From: Verrucomicrobiota bacterium
GTDB lineage: Bacteria; Verrucomicrobiota; Verrucomicrobiia; Chthoniobacterales; JAFAMB01
DNA length: 64,000 bases
Assembly: GCA_019246215.1 (NCBI GenBank)
Contig: JAFAQT010000001.1
Span: 5,225-69,224, forward strand
Direction of reading: 5' to 3'
Shown here: positions 16,925 to 27,218 of the stretch, piece by piece
Layout of the letters: every line of letters begins with the position of its first letter
How positions within the stretch are numbered: the stretch's first letter is position 1
Position numbers and translations under genes: made by a program
Notes under the pieces: model-generated
Seen by the model: the letters and a program-made list of their open reading frames with translations, nothing else
What the model was told of the DNA's origin: nothing
Database searches by the model: none

Positions 16925-19186
16925 TTAGCCACGCTCTCTTTTGCCCAGGAACCAGTAGGAGCAGACAAATCCGCCGATCATCCACAATAAAAGTGATGCG
17001 CAGGCGACCCAAATCGGTCGAGTCTCAGTGTAGAGGGTTCCTGTTTTGAGTCGTTCTCCGGTTCTTGATTTGGTCCAGTCGCTGATGTTGAAATAAGCGA
17101 TAGGATAGTCCCGGGCGAGTGCTCCGGAAATTTTCTGGTTAATCAAAAAACTAACATCCGCGATGCGTTGAGAGGCAAAGCTAGGCATAACCTGGCTTAA
17201 GGTCAGGACAGGTAATGTCATGTCCTTGGCCGGTACTGTGAAACCTGAAAAGAGGATTTGCGGGATGAGCAGCAGCGGAACCAGCATGACCGCCTGCATT
17301 GGAGACCTGGCGTAAGCGGACGTCGTCAAACCGATCCCCGTTGCGGCGAAGGCCAGGAGAATGAGCCCGATGATCTGCCATAGAAAGGCCCCATGAACAC
17401 TGAACCTGCCGACCGCGATCGTCCCGTAGAGCAGGAGAGATTGGAATGCAGTGAGACCGGCCATCCAGATAAACTTGCTGGTCAAATAGCTCCAGCGGCT
17501 TAGCCCGACCAGCCGCTCACGGCGATAGATCGGCAGCTCTTTGATAATTTCCTGTGCCGAGTTGCTGCACCCGAACCAGAGTGTCGCAATATAGGCAAAA
17601 AACTGATCTAACTGCGGATCGGGTGCTGCCCAGGCCACCAAAGCTCCGATAATAATCGGTTGGGCCACCAGAATAATCAAGTTCTTGGAGTCAGCTCTGA
17701 AAATCGCAAGCTGCCGTTGCAAAAGTATCGGGAGCGAGAACGCCCTCCTTTTCTTTGTCAGTGGCGCAGGCGCATCCTGGTCCGGCTCCCCTGGAACCGT
17801 CGGTTCGAAGGGAGGGAGGATTGCTGATTCCATGGACTGAAGCGCGTCGTACAGCAAGGAGAGGCGGGTAACACCGAATCTTGAACGTGCCTGGTCGGGA
17901 GGACCCTGAAATACGACGCGCCCATCAGAAACAATGGCGATCTGGTCCATCAGGTAGACATTTTCCATCACGTGCGTAGTGCAGATCACAGTGCAGCCCG
18001 TATCAGCCAGGCGGCGTAATAGCTCCATCAGTTTGAATTCCGCCAGAGGATCCAGTCCCGAGGTCGGCTCATCCAGAAACAAAAGAGGCGGACGACTCAA
18101 TAGTTCGACTCCCACACTGACCCGCTTCCGCTGCCCACCGGACAAGCGACCGATCTTCAGGTTTACCCGGTCGGCCAATCCGAGACTGACGATGGTGTGA
18201 TCGACCAGTTTCACAATCTCCTGCCGAGGTGTTCCTGCAGGTAATCGCAGACGAGCAGCAAAGGTGAGCGCTTCGGTGACCGTCAGGTCAGAGTGAACTA
18301 TATCGTCTTGGGGGACGTAACCGAATAACGAGCGAAGCTGGCCGAGGTTTTTGTACAGATCGGTCTGATCGAACCGAACCTTTCCGCTTTCAGCAGGTCG
18401 AAGACCGCTCAAAGCGTCCAGAAGCGTGGTTTTCCCGGCGCCGCTTGGTCCAAGTATCCCGATGAACTGACCAGGTTCCGCCACAAAACCTGCACGGTTC
18501 AAGATCGGACCGTTGTCACCTTGGCGAGTAAGCCCGATAGCTAAAATGCGGCCCACGGAAAGGCGCCGGACGCGAACGAGCCGCCTGCCATCGTAAATAA
18601 AGAAAAATGGTCCCAATTGAATCTGGTCGCCGATCACGAGATCGTGTTCGTCGAAACGGCGACCGTTGACGAAGGATCCTGATTTGCTATGAAGATCGAG
18701 TAATCGATATCCTTTCGGCCCGGATTCGATCATTGCATGGCGTCTCGAGACGACAGGATCGCTTAAGACAACATCGACCTCCTCGCTTCGCCCGAAAATG
18801 AGGTCCGACCCGAGAGGGATGTCTGCTGTCGGTGTTCCTTTATACAAAACAGTACCGATGGGATTGACCAACTCCGCTGCACCTGAAGATTCGTCGGTGC
18901 CGACGCCAAAGGCCAAAGTGACTGGACCGACCTGGATCTGATCCCCTGACTTGAGCGCGGTCCGACCCGAGATACGGTTCCCGTTCACCGCGGTTCCGCG
19001 TTGACTGCCGAGGTCCTCAATAAACCACGCTTCACGTTCGAATAGAATCCGGCAGTGACGCCGCGATACTTCCGGATGCCCCAGAATCAGATCGACTTCC
19101 GCAGCCCGGCCAAGGACCACACTTTCACCGCGCAGCAACTCCGAGCGCGGCGGGAGCCCGGCAAGAATGGAGATCGGCATTTCCAA
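16925..19186 (-). CDS. ABC transporter with two N-terminal FHA domains, one NBD and an ABC-2/ABCG-type permease in a single polypeptide
   Basis: FHA1: VVLGRAAEVDLILGHPEVSRRHCRI...GSQRGTAVNG. FHA2: LIFGRSEEVDVVLSDPVVSRRHAMI...HSKSGSFVNG. Walker A GPSGAGKTT, signature LSGGQRKRV, Walker B LLFLDEPTSGLD, and six C-terminal TM helices. Confidence 0.85.
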   Translation of the reverse strand: MEMPISILAGLPPRSELLRGESVVLGRAAEVDLILGHPEVSRRHCRILFEREAWFIEDLGSQRGTAVNGNRISGRTALKSGDQIQVGPVTLAFGVGTDESSGAAELVNPIGTVLYKGTPTADIPLGSDLIFGRSEEVDVVLSDPVVSRRHAMIESGPKGYRLLDLHSKSGSFVNGRRFDEHDLVIGDQIQLGPFFFIYDGRRLVRVRRLSVGRILAIGLTRQGDNGPILNRAGFVAEPGQFIGILGPSGAGKTTLLDALSGLRPAESGKVRFDQTDLYKNLGQLRSLFGYVPQDDIVHSDLTVTEALTFAARLRLPAGTPRQEIVKLVDHTIVSLGLADRVNLKIGRLSGGQRKRVSVGVELLSRPPLLFLDEPTSGLDPLAEFKLMELLRRLADTGCTVICTTHVMENVYLMDQIAIVSDGRVVFQGPPDQARSRFGVTRLSLLYDALQSMESAILPPFEPTVPGEPDQDAPAPLTKKRRAFSLPILLQRQLAIFRADSKNLIILVAQPIIIGALVAWAAPDPQLDQFFAYIATLWFGCSNSAQEIIKELPIYRRERLVGLSRWSYLTSKFIWMAGLTAFQSLLLYGTIAVGRFSVHGAFLWQIIGLILLAFAATGIGLTTSAYARSPMQAVMLVPLLLIPQILFSGFTVPAKDMTLPVLTLSQVMPSFASQRIADVSFLINQKISGALARDYPIAYFNISDWTKSRTGERLKTGTLYTETRPIWVACASLLLWMIGGFVCSYWFLGKRERG

Positions 19187-19315
19187 AGTTGACTCTACCT
19201 AATCGGACAGCGACACGAAATTCAAGTGGCGTTGTTTTGTCAAAGCACCCTTCTCACATGAAGCGGCAAAATTCGACTTTGGCGGGACGGCGGGAAGAAG
19301 CAGAGGCAATGAACG

Positions 19316-19531
19316 ATGAAAATAATCCTTGTCACTGGAGCAAACCGGGGGATCGGATTGGCGCTCACTAGAGTATTGCTGGCGAGCGGGAAAGTGCTGG
19401 CAATTGCCTTAGGGAAGGCCGTCAGAGGACTACGGCAACGAAGAGCATACTACCGTTGCTGCATTCCTGCCCTGGCGGGGTTCGTATGTCAACGATCCAT
19501 AGCCCCTGACGGTTCTATTTCAATGGACTAG
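19316..19531 (+). pseudogene. N-terminal stub of a short-chain dehydrogenase/reductase (probable relic)
   Basis: MKIILVTGANRGIGLALTRVLLASG is a canonical SDR TGxxxGxG Rossmann start. After about 30 residues the sequence becomes non-SDR-like and stops at 71 aa. Confidence 0.4.
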
Positions 19532-19693
19532 TTACGCATCGAGGGCAATGGGTTTCTTTTCCGGCCACAGGGGCACTGTCGAGAGTTTTGAGTTTGGAGT
19601 TGTGTGCTTTGAGTTTTGGGTTTTCCCTGTAGCCAGTTTGGTGAGCGGTTTTCAGCCACTAAACCATGTAAAACACAAAATTTTAATCGAGGA

Positions 19694-20401
19694 ATGATAA
19701 GGTTCTTATTGGTGGTCTCGATTTTTTGCGCGCTAGGCGCCACCGTGCTGGGTTTTTTCAACCGGGCTAAGCTTACGCGACTCAGCGAGGACTTGAGCGA
19801 ATCGCGTTCAGCCGGGGCTCAAGCAGGAACCCAATTAAATGAATTGCAGCAAAAGCTGAAACAAACAGAGGATCGCCTTTCTACTCAGGAGCGCCTGACC
19901 CAGCAGGAGCGGGATTCGCGCTCCGCGGAATTGAACGCCACCAAAGCGAAGCTGAACCAAGCGACGGAACAACTCACTGCACGTGATAGCGAAAATAAAG
20001 CGCTGACTGCCGCCTTAACTGAGGCGGGCCGTAACCTGGAACAAAAGCAGCGCGCGGAACAGGACCGCCAAGCGCTCGCGAGGCGACTGATTGACGTCGA
20101 GGATGCCTTAAATCAATTCCGCCTCGCCGCAAACAAAGCAAAGGGAAAATATACGATTCCTCTGGAAGGGAGCATTCTTTCGATTAACCAGGAGGCCAAA
20201 GCTCTGACCGTGAGCTTGGGAAGTGATTCTGGAGTGGCAGCCAATTCCAGATTAACGGTCGTGAGAAATGGGGAGAAGTTGACGCAGTTGCGCGTTGTCT
20301 CGGTCGAGCCGAACAGTTGTACCGCTGAATTTGCTTCCTCTGCGCCTGAGAACCTTTCAAAAGTTGCGATTGGAGACTCAGTATTACTCGCCACGAAATG
20401 A
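19694..20401 (+). CDS. membrane-anchored coiled-coil protein, hypothetical
   Basis: I prefer the start MIRFLLVVSIFCALGATVLGFF (TM anchor). A long Q/E/L-rich heptad-like region follows, then a C-terminal beta-rich domain. Confidence 0.5.
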   Translation: MIRFLLVVSIFCALGATVLGFFNRAKLTRLSEDLSESRSAGAQAGTQLNELQQKLKQTEDRLSTQERLTQQERDSRSAELNATKAKLNQATEQLTARDSENKALTAALTEAGRNLEQKQRAEQDRQALARRLIDVEDALNQFRLAANKAKGKYTIPLEGSILSINQEAKALTVSLGSDSGVAANSRLTVVRNGEKLTQLRVVSVEPNSCTAEFASSAPENLSKVAIGDSVLLATK

Positions 20402-20592
20402 AGAAAGTGATTTTTATCCTGAACTTAGGCTTGTTCTTAATGGGATGCGCTTCCGACGACTCCAAGGACAAGGAAGTGAATCAAACGCCGCAATTTGGGA
20501 AGCCGGAAAGCTCAATTCCCTGGAACCAGCCCTCGGATTGGGAGAAGAATGGCCAACTCGGCTCAATGCCCGGGTTGGAACAGCCCCATTAG
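20398..20592 (+). CDS. small lipoprotein, hypothetical
   Basis: MKKVIFILNLGLFLMGCASDD has a lipobox (LMGC). The start overlaps the upstream stop (ATGA). Confidence 0.5.
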   Translation: MKKVIFILNLGLFLMGCASDDSKDKEVNQTPQFGKPESSIPWNQPSDWEKNGQLGSMPGLEQPH

Positions 20593-20602
20593 CCTTTCCA
20601 GT

Positions 20603-21544
20603 TTGAAAATTCTGGTTTTGCGTGGAGGCGCGCTCGGAGACCTAGTTCTAACGCTGCCTGTCTTGGGTGAGATTCGGAAGAGTTACCCGGATGCCGAGAT
20701 ACTGTTGCTGGGCAGATTCCCTCAAGCTCGACTCGCGGTTCCACAGTACGTCGATCGAGTCGAGCGGATAGATGCGCCGGATCTGCTCCCACTTTTCGAA
20801 GATGGGCCGCTGCCGGAGATCGTTCGAAACCGATTGGGCAGATTCGATTTTGCGATCAGCTATGTGCCCGATCCAGATGCGATCATTTCCAGGAATCTGA
20901 CTGCCGCTGGGGTGAAACGAATCATTGCGTGTTCAAGCAAAATGCGATCTGGAAGTCACGCGGTCTTTCAATTAGCGGAGGTGCTTGGATCGCTGGGATT
21001 GAGTCTGCATGATCCAGTCCCAAGATTGTTTGCGGGGCCGAAACCTCCGTCTTGCTCGAAGCTTGGTTTCCACGTGGGCAGCGGTTCTCCAGGAAAAAAT
21101 TGGCCGATAGAATATTGGACCGACCTAACCCAGCGACTCAAAGGCCTCTTTAGCGATTTTCTCTTGATTGGGGGCGAAGCAGATGGCGAAGCTATACGCG
21201 AATTTCGTGCGCGTTCTGGCATTGGGAGTCTCAAAACTCTCTTGAGCGCAAGCCTGGCGGATCTGTGCCAAGCGCTGAACGGATGCACGGTTTTCCTTGG
21301 ACACGACTCGGGAGTCAGCCATCTTGCCGCTGCCATCGGAACTCCGACCGTCGTATTGTTTGGTCCGTCGGATTCAAGCGTCTGGGCGCCACTCGGTGAA
21401 CATGTGAGAGTGGTTCGTAGTCCGGACGGCCTGATGAAGTCCATTCGCGTGGAAACAGCGGAAGAAACGTGTTGGTGTGCGGCAAAAAACCACCTCGGCA
21501 TGTCGCCGCCTGGACGTAGTAGGGAAGAAGCGCGCCGCCGTTAA
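20603..21544 (+). CDS. glycosyltransferase family 9 (heptosyltransferase-like)
   Basis: (L)KILVLRGGALGDLVLTLPVL at the N-terminus and HDSGVSHLAAAIGTPTVVLFGP near the C-terminus. I prefer the in-frame TTG at 20603 because the ATG at 20495 would overlap the lipoprotein gene. Confidence 0.7.
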   Translation: MKILVLRGGALGDLVLTLPVLGEIRKSYPDAEILLLGRFPQARLAVPQYVDRVERIDAPDLLPLFEDGPLPEIVRNRLGRFDFAISYVPDPDAIISRNLTAAGVKRIIACSSKMRSGSHAVFQLAEVLGSLGLSLHDPVPRLFAGPKPPSCSKLGFHVGSGSPGKNWPIEYWTDLTQRLKGLFSDFLLIGGEADGEAIREFRARSGIGSLKTLLSASLADLCQALNGCTVFLGHDSGVSHLAAAIGTPTVVLFGPSDSSVWAPLGEHVRVVRSPDGLMKSIRVETAEETCWCAAKNHLGMSPPGRSREEARRR

Positions 21545-21611
21545 TCGAGACGCGATAGTCGTCTGCGGTTCACCTCTTATCTTCGGATGGGGCGCCTAAG
21601 AGCGCATTCAG

Positions 21612-24600
21612 TTAGGCCCCTCGCGTCGATTTCGCCGGATAGCTTTCTGCCCTGAGGCTGAGGAGCTTGCAAACAAACGGAGCGGTCCGGCTTCCTTCTT
21701 GCCGGGCAAGCTCTTCGACAGATCCCGCAGCAACAACTTCGCCGCCGCCATCCCCAGCCTCAGGACCAACATCGAGAATATAATCGGCTTCTGCGATGAT
21801 ATCGAGGTTATGCTCGATGAGAATGACCGTGTTCCCGTCATCGACCAAGCGGTGCAGAACCTCTATGAGCAGTTCCACATCCGCCATATGCAAGCCGATT
21901 GTTGGCTCTTCGAGCAGATAAAGCGTGCTCTTTGGCGTGATGTTTCTCCTGAGCCTGTCCGTTAAACCTCGTCCAACGCCAGTCTTCAATTCACTGACAA
22001 TTTTCAGACGTTGTGCTTCGCCTCCACTTAGCGTTGGGCTCGGTTGCCCAAGCTGCAGATAACCAAGCCCGGTTTCAACCAGGAGTTCGAGTGCCTTGTG
22101 AATTCGCGGTTGAGATCTGAAGAATTCTGCGGCTTCTTCGATCGTTAGCTCGAGTAGATCGCCAATACTCTTGCCATTGTACTGGACTGCGAGAGTTTGG
22201 GAATTGAATCGCTTCCCCTGGCAGGCTTCGCAGGGGATATAGCTTGGAGGCAGGAAGTTCATTTCCAATTTGATAACTCCCTGCCCGGTGCAAGTCTCGC
22301 AACGGCCTCCCTCCGTGTTGAAGGAGAAACGGCTCCGGCTGTAACCGCGGATCCGGGATTCCGGAAGCTGAGCAAACAGTGCACGTATATCGTCGAAGAT
22401 CTTAACGTAGGTTGCCGGTATGGAACGAGATGTTTTGCCAATCGGCGATTGATCCACTTCGAATACGGCACCGAGGTGCTCGACGCCTGCGACTTCGTTC
22501 CAGGGATACGTTTCCGATGCCCCTTTCTTTCTTGTTCTTTGCAGATGGGCAGCGACGGCGGGCAACAGAACCGATCGCAAAATCGTGCTTTTTCCCGACC
22601 CGGAGACCCCGGTGATCACCGACAGTCGCCCGATCGGGAAACGGATGTCGATATTTTTGAGATTGTTCGCGTGCGCGCCCCGGATTGCGAGCCAGTCCAC
22701 GCCCTGCAACGGGCGCCACGAACCGCGCACCGGATGAGCAAGCGGGTGGGCTAGATATTTGCCCGTCACAGAATTCTCGCGCTTCACAATTTCTCTTATC
22801 GGGCCCAGGAAAACCAGGTTGCCGCCACTGCGTCCTGCGCCCGGCCCCAGATCGACGATCAAGTCTGAGCGCCTCATAGTTCCTTCATCATGCTCAACCA
22901 CGACCAGAGTATTGCCCTTCATTTTGAGCGCTTCCAAAGTGTCGAGAAGTCTCTCGTTGTCCCGGGGGTGTAATCCAATGGTGGGCTCATCCAAAACATA
23001 TAAAACGCCGCGCAGATTTGAGCCGAGCTGGGCGGCAAGCCGAATTCGTTGGGATTCGCCGCCGCTTAATGTTTTCGCTGGACGATTGAGCGTGAGATAC
23101 TCCAGGCCAACCTGTCGCATGAACAAGAGCCTTTGCTTGATTTCGGCGACGATGTCGGACGCAATCGAACGGTTCACCCCGGAAAATCGAAGATTCTCGA
23201 TCAGCGAGATGGTGTGCTTGATTGCGGTCCCGGTGATTTGGTCAATGGTATAGCCTTGCAACTGCACAGCTAGGGCGGTCGCGTTCAGACGCGCGCCTCG
23301 GCATTCAGGACATTGCTCCACGCTTTCTACGTCGACCGAATCGCTTCGGCGCTCGGCCATCAACTCAGCCGCCAGTCTTGACTCCGCTTTTTCATCGTCG
23401 TCACTGGTGAACGGCAGAATGTAACCATAACCCTTACAAGTTGGGCACCAGCCATGCGGCGAATTGAAGGAGAAAAGGCGCGGATCCAGCTCCTCAAACG
23501 AATCGCCGCAATTCGGACAGGTCATTTCGCTGCTCAACACGAATCGGTTAAACGCGGGAACGGGACTCGCCCCGTTATTGCCCAAGGAGTGATGCGAGGC
23601 GCGGTTCGGTTGAGGTTTTGGTGTCCATAGGAATGCAGAGCCATTCCCAACCTGCAACGCCGTCTTTACCAGTTGGTGCATCTGCTTGTTTTCGGGGTTT
23701 CTCAATTCGGCTATAACGACTTCGATCGTGTGTTCCCGATAGCGCTCCAGACTTGGAAATTCGTCGACCCCGTATCTTTTGCCATCAACGATTAACTCTT
23801 CGTATCCTTCCCGTTTGATCCAGATCGCAACTTCTTTGTGATACCCTTTACGCGCTTTTACGAGCGGCGCAGTCAGTGTCGCGCGCGTTTTCGCGACGAT
23901 ATCCCGGACCTGTCTCAATATTGCCGCCCCGCTTTGCTTGCTTACCGGGATGTTGCACCGAGGGCAATATTGGGTTCCGAGTTTAGCGAAGAGCAGCCGG
24001 AGAAAGTGATAGACCTCCGTCAATGTTGCGACTGTAGATTTCCCCCCTCCCTGGGTAAGTCTTTGCTCGATCGCCACAGTAGGCGGTATGCCCTCAACAT
24101 GATCCACATCGGGGCGTTCTAATTGTTCCACAAACTGCCGCGCGTAGGTCGACATGCTGTCCAAAAAACGGCGTTGACCTTCCGCGAAGAGTATATCAAA
24201 CGCCAAACTCGATTTTCCCGACCCGCTCAAGCCTGTAATAACTACCAATTTCTCATGTGGAAGCTCCAGGGAGAGATTTTTCAGATTGTGATGACGTCCT
24301 CCCTGCACTGTAATAACGGGCTTTAAGATCTTTCTTGGGATCTCAGCGACTCGGGCGCTCAATCGGGGTTCGCGGGTGGCGAGCTTTTCTCGAAGGAAAT
24401 TTCCAGTTTGAGAACGGGGTTGCTTCGCAACTTGCTCCGGAGTTCCTTCAGCAACGATCCTTCCGCCGTTAACGCCTGCTTCGGGGCCTAGATCGATGAT
24501 ATAATCGGCAGACTGGATGATATCCATGTTGTGTTCGATCACGATCAACGTGTCACCCCGATCCACCAGCTGCTGAAATAGCTTTAGAAGAGAGGCAATA

Positions 24601-27218
24601 TCATCAAAGTGTAAACCCGTTGTCGGCTCGTCGAAGATCAGGAGCGCGTGCCGACGGTTTTTCTTACTCTCCGCTAGATGACCGACGAGTTTAAGGCGCT
24701 GCGATTCACCTCCTGAGAGCACATTCACCGGTTGCCCGAGTCTCAAATAGCCGAGTCCGACCTGTTTGAGAAGTTCTAGCGGCTCCGCGAAGGCCTCGCG
24801 CCCTCCGTCGGGCCGAAAGAAAGCGATTGCTTCGGTCACCGTCAGTTCCAAGACATCGTGAATAGACTTGCCGCGCATCTTGATATTAAGCAAATGCGGC
24901 TGGTACCGTTTCCCGCCGCATTCACCGCAACGGATGTATTGATCACTGAGAAATTGCATTTCGACCTTCTCGTAACCAAGGCCGGCGCAACGTTCGCAAC
25001 GGCCGATTCCAGAGTTGAATGAGAACGCAGCGGGAGTCAATCCGGCAGCTCTCGACTCCGGCAGGCCCGCGAAAAGCTCCCTGACATGATCGAACACCCC
25101 TATGTAAAGTGCAGGCGTCGACCTTGGAGACCGCGCCAGGGGCGATTGATCCACGAGTATGATCTCATCGATGTCGTGCACTCCGAGGACTCGGTCGCAG
25201 ATTCCGGGTGTCTCCTCGCTTGAGCCGCCCTTAAGCCGAATCAGATTCTGGTAGAGGACATCCTGGACCAGAGTGCTTTTTCCCGATCCGGAAACACCTG
25301 TTACGCAACAGAGGGTGTGGAGAGGAAATCTGACATCGATATTCTTGAGGTTGTGCTCTCGAGCCCCGAAAATTTCGAGGTATCTTTTCGGCTTCCGTCG
25401 CTGCGCTGGAGGAAGAATCCGTTTTCTCCGCGTCAGATAGGCGGCGGTAAGCGACTCGGGTGCCGCATCACCGATCTCGTCGATCGGACCCTGATAGACC
25501 AGTTCTCCGCCGAGTTCACCGCGACCGGGGCCGATCTCGATCAGGTTATCCGCGCTTCGAATGACAGCCTCTTCGTGCTCGACCACCAGAAGAGTGTTTC
25601 CTTTATCGCGCAAGCCACGCAGCACGCCAATCAAACGATGAACATCTCTCGGGTGAAGTCCGACACTCGGCTCGTCGAGCACAAAAAGAGTGTTAACAAG
25701 AGAGGCGCCGAGGCAAGTGGTCAGATTCACCCTTTGCACTTCACCGCCGGAAAGGGAGCGCGTTGGACGATCCAGCGCTAGATACCCAAGCCCGACATCA
25801 ATCAGATATTCAAGACGGGAAACAATTTGCGATCGGACAACCTCCGTTGCGCTGTCGCTTTCGGCGATGCGCAGTTGCTTCATGAGGCCTGCCAATTTCT
25901 CGACCGAGATCTGCTGCAGATCTGGGAGCGTCAATCGTTGAGTATCAATGACCACCCGAAAATGCAGCGTCTCCGGTTTGAAACGCGACCCCTGGCACTG
26001 CGGACAAAGAGTGTAGGCGCGGTAGCGGCTCAGAAACACCCGGACGTGCATTTTGTAGGCGCGCGATTCCATCCAGTCAAAGAACCCGCGGATTCCGTAC
26101 CATCCGCCGCTCTGCCAAACCTCCTCCGCTGTCAAATCAGGACGAAGATCGCCGTTGATAACCCATTCCTGGTCAGCTTTGGGGAGATCCTCAAAAGCAC
26201 AATGGATATCGATTTGTCGCTCCAAGGCTCGGGAAATCAAATCTTGCTGACACTCGCGCATCTGACCCGTTTGAAAGGGTTTCACGACCCCATCGGCGAT
26301 ACTCAGGCTGCGATTGGGCATGGCGCGGTCGAGGTCAATTCCGATCGTCCGTCCGAAGCCGCGGCAACCCGGACAGGCCCCAAGCGGATTATTAAAAGAA
26401 AATAGACCAGGCGCTGGTGGGCGGATCTCTATATCGCAGTAGGGACAATGCCAGCCAATGGAAAAACGATGCTCTTCGACTGGATTGAGCGCGACGATTT
26501 TCAGCTGCCCTTTTCCGTAGTTTAAGCCCTGCTCAATTGCCTCTACGAGCCGGGAATGGTTGGCCTCGCCCATTGTTAGACGATCCTGAATCACGAAAAC
26601 GAGACCCGGAAGGCGCTTTATGGCAGGCGCAATGTCGGTACGGATCATTTCCTGATTCAGCCAAATCCGAAGGAAGCCTTGCTGATTCAAGAAGGAGAAA
26701 AAATCGCCAGGGTCTGTACCTGGCGGTGCCGGTACTCCGAAGGTTACAAGAACCGCTCGAGGCGATAGTTTATTGAGTAGTGTTGCAGCAATGCTAATTG
26801 GGGTTTCGCGAACAATCTCGCGCTGGCATTCAGGACAGAATGCTCGTGCCACGCGGGGCATTAGGAGTTTCAGATAATCGTTGATCTCGGTCATCGTTCC
26901 CACGGTGGACCGCGTGGTGCGAACACGGTTGGCCTGCTCGATCGCGATGGCCGGCGGAATACCGAGAATTTCGTCCACGAGCGGTTTGTCCATTCGCTCG
27001 AGAAACTGGCGAGTGTAGGGGCTGAATGTTTCGACATATCGACGTTGCCCTTCCGCGTAGATCGTGTCGAAAGCCAGACTCGATTTGCCGCTGCCGCTTG
27101 GACCGGTGATCACGTGGAACTTGTTCAATTCAAGATCGAGGTTGATCCCTTTCAGGTTATTTTGGCGTGCGCCACGAATAATGATCGTATCCCGGGCATG
27201 CTCGACAAAACTGGGCAT
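21612..27218 (-). CDS. tandem-duplicated UvrA-like excinuclease ABC subunit A (UvrA-UvrA fusion, four ABC ATPase modules)
   Basis: 1868 aa. There are four Walker A sites (GPSGSGKSS about aa 39, GVSGSGKST about aa 641, GLSGSGKSS about aa 996, GVSGSGKST about aa 1537) and four LSGGE(V/S/A)QR signatures. Repeated CxxC zinc modules are present. Each half begins like canonical UvrA ([13 protein letters not shown]... / [13 protein letters not shown]...). Confidence 0.9.
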   Translation of the reverse strand: MPSFVEHARDTIIIRGARQNNLKGINLDLELNKFHVITGPSGSGKSSLAFDTIYAEGQRRYVETFSPYTRQFLERMDKPLVDEILGIPPAIAIEQANRVRTTRSTVGTMTEINDYLKLLMPRVARAFCPECQREIVRETPISIAATLLNKLSPRAVLVTFGVPAPPGTDPGDFFSFLNQQGFLRIWLNQEMIRTDIAPAIKRLPGLVFVIQDRLTMGEANHSRLVEAIEQGLNYGKGQLKIVALNPVEEHRFSIGWHCPYCDIEIRPPAPGLFSFNNPLGACPGCRGFGRTIGIDLDRAMPNRSLSIADGVVKPFQTGQMRECQQDLISRALERQIDIHCAFEDLPKADQEWVINGDLRPDLTAEEVWQSGGWYGIRGFFDWMESRAYKMHVRVFLSRYRAYTLCPQCQGSRFKPETLHFRVVIDTQRLTLPDLQQISVEKLAGLMKQLRIAESDSATEVVRSQIVSRLEYLIDVGLGYLALDRPTRSLSGGEVQRVNLTTCLGASLVNTLFVLDEPSVGLHPRDVHRLIGVLRGLRDKGNTLLVVEHEEAVIRSADNLIEIGPGRGELGGELVYQGPIDEIGDAAPESLTAAYLTRRKRILPPAQRRKPKRYLEIFGAREHNLKNIDVRFPLHTLCCVTGVSGSGKSTLVQDVLYQNLIRLKGGSSEETPGICDRVLGVHDIDEIILVDQSPLARSPRSTPALYIGVFDHVRELFAGLPESRAAGLTPAAFSFNSGIGRCERCAGLGYEKVEMQFLSDQYIRCGECGGKRYQPHLLNIKMRGKSIHDVLELTVTEAIAFFRPDGGREAFAEPLELLKQVGLGYLRLGQPVNVLSGGESQRLKLVGHLAESKKNRRHALLIFDEPTTGLHFDDIASLLKLFQQLVDRGDTLIVIEHNMDIIQSADYIIDLGPEAGVNGGRIVAEGTPEQVAKQPRSQTGNFLREKLATREPRLSARVAEIPRKILKPVITVQGGRHHNLKNLSLELPHEKLVVITGLSGSGKSSLAFDILFAEGQRRFLDSMSTYARQFVEQLERPDVDHVEGIPPTVAIEQRLTQGGGKSTVATLTEVYHFLRLLFAKLGTQYCPRCNIPVSKQSGAAILRQVRDIVAKTRATLTAPLVKARKGYHKEVAIWIKREGYEELIVDGKRYGVDEFPSLERYREHTIEVVIAELRNPENKQMHQLVKTALQVGNGSAFLWTPKPQPNRASHHSLGNNGASPVPAFNRFVLSSEMTCPNCGDSFEELDPRLFSFNSPHGWCPTCKGYGYILPFTSDDDEKAESRLAAELMAERRSDSVDVESVEQCPECRGARLNATALAVQLQGYTIDQITGTAIKHTISLIENLRFSGVNRSIASDIVAEIKQRLLFMRQVGLEYLTLNRPAKTLSGGESQRIRLAAQLGSNLRGVLYVLDEPTIGLHPRDNERLLDTLEALKMKGNTLVVVEHDEGTMRRSDLIVDLGPGAGRSGGNLVFLGPIREIVKRENSVTGKYLAHPLAHPVRGSWRPLQGVDWLAIRGAHANNLKNIDIRFPIGRLSVITGVSGSGKSTILRSVLLPAVAAHLQRTRKKGASETYPWNEVAGVEHLGAVFEVDQSPIGKTSRSIPATYVKIFDDIRALFAQLPESRIRGYSRSRFSFNTEGGRCETCTGQGVIKLEMNFLPPSYIPCEACQGKRFNSQTLAVQYNGKSIGDLLELTIEEAAEFFRSQPRIHKALELLVETGLGYLQLGQPSPTLSGGEAQRLKIVSELKTGVGRGLTDRLRRNITPKSTLYLLEEPTIGLHMADVELLIEVLHRLVDDGNTVILIEHNLDIIAEADYILDVGPEAGDGGGEVVAAGSVEELARQEGSRTAPFVCKLLSLRAESYPAKSTRGA

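Noticed and set aside
19565-19625. GAGTTTTG-type imperfect direct repeats, considered as a CRISPR or tandem-repeat array
   Set aside because: There are only two or three short degenerate copies, with no regular spacer structure.
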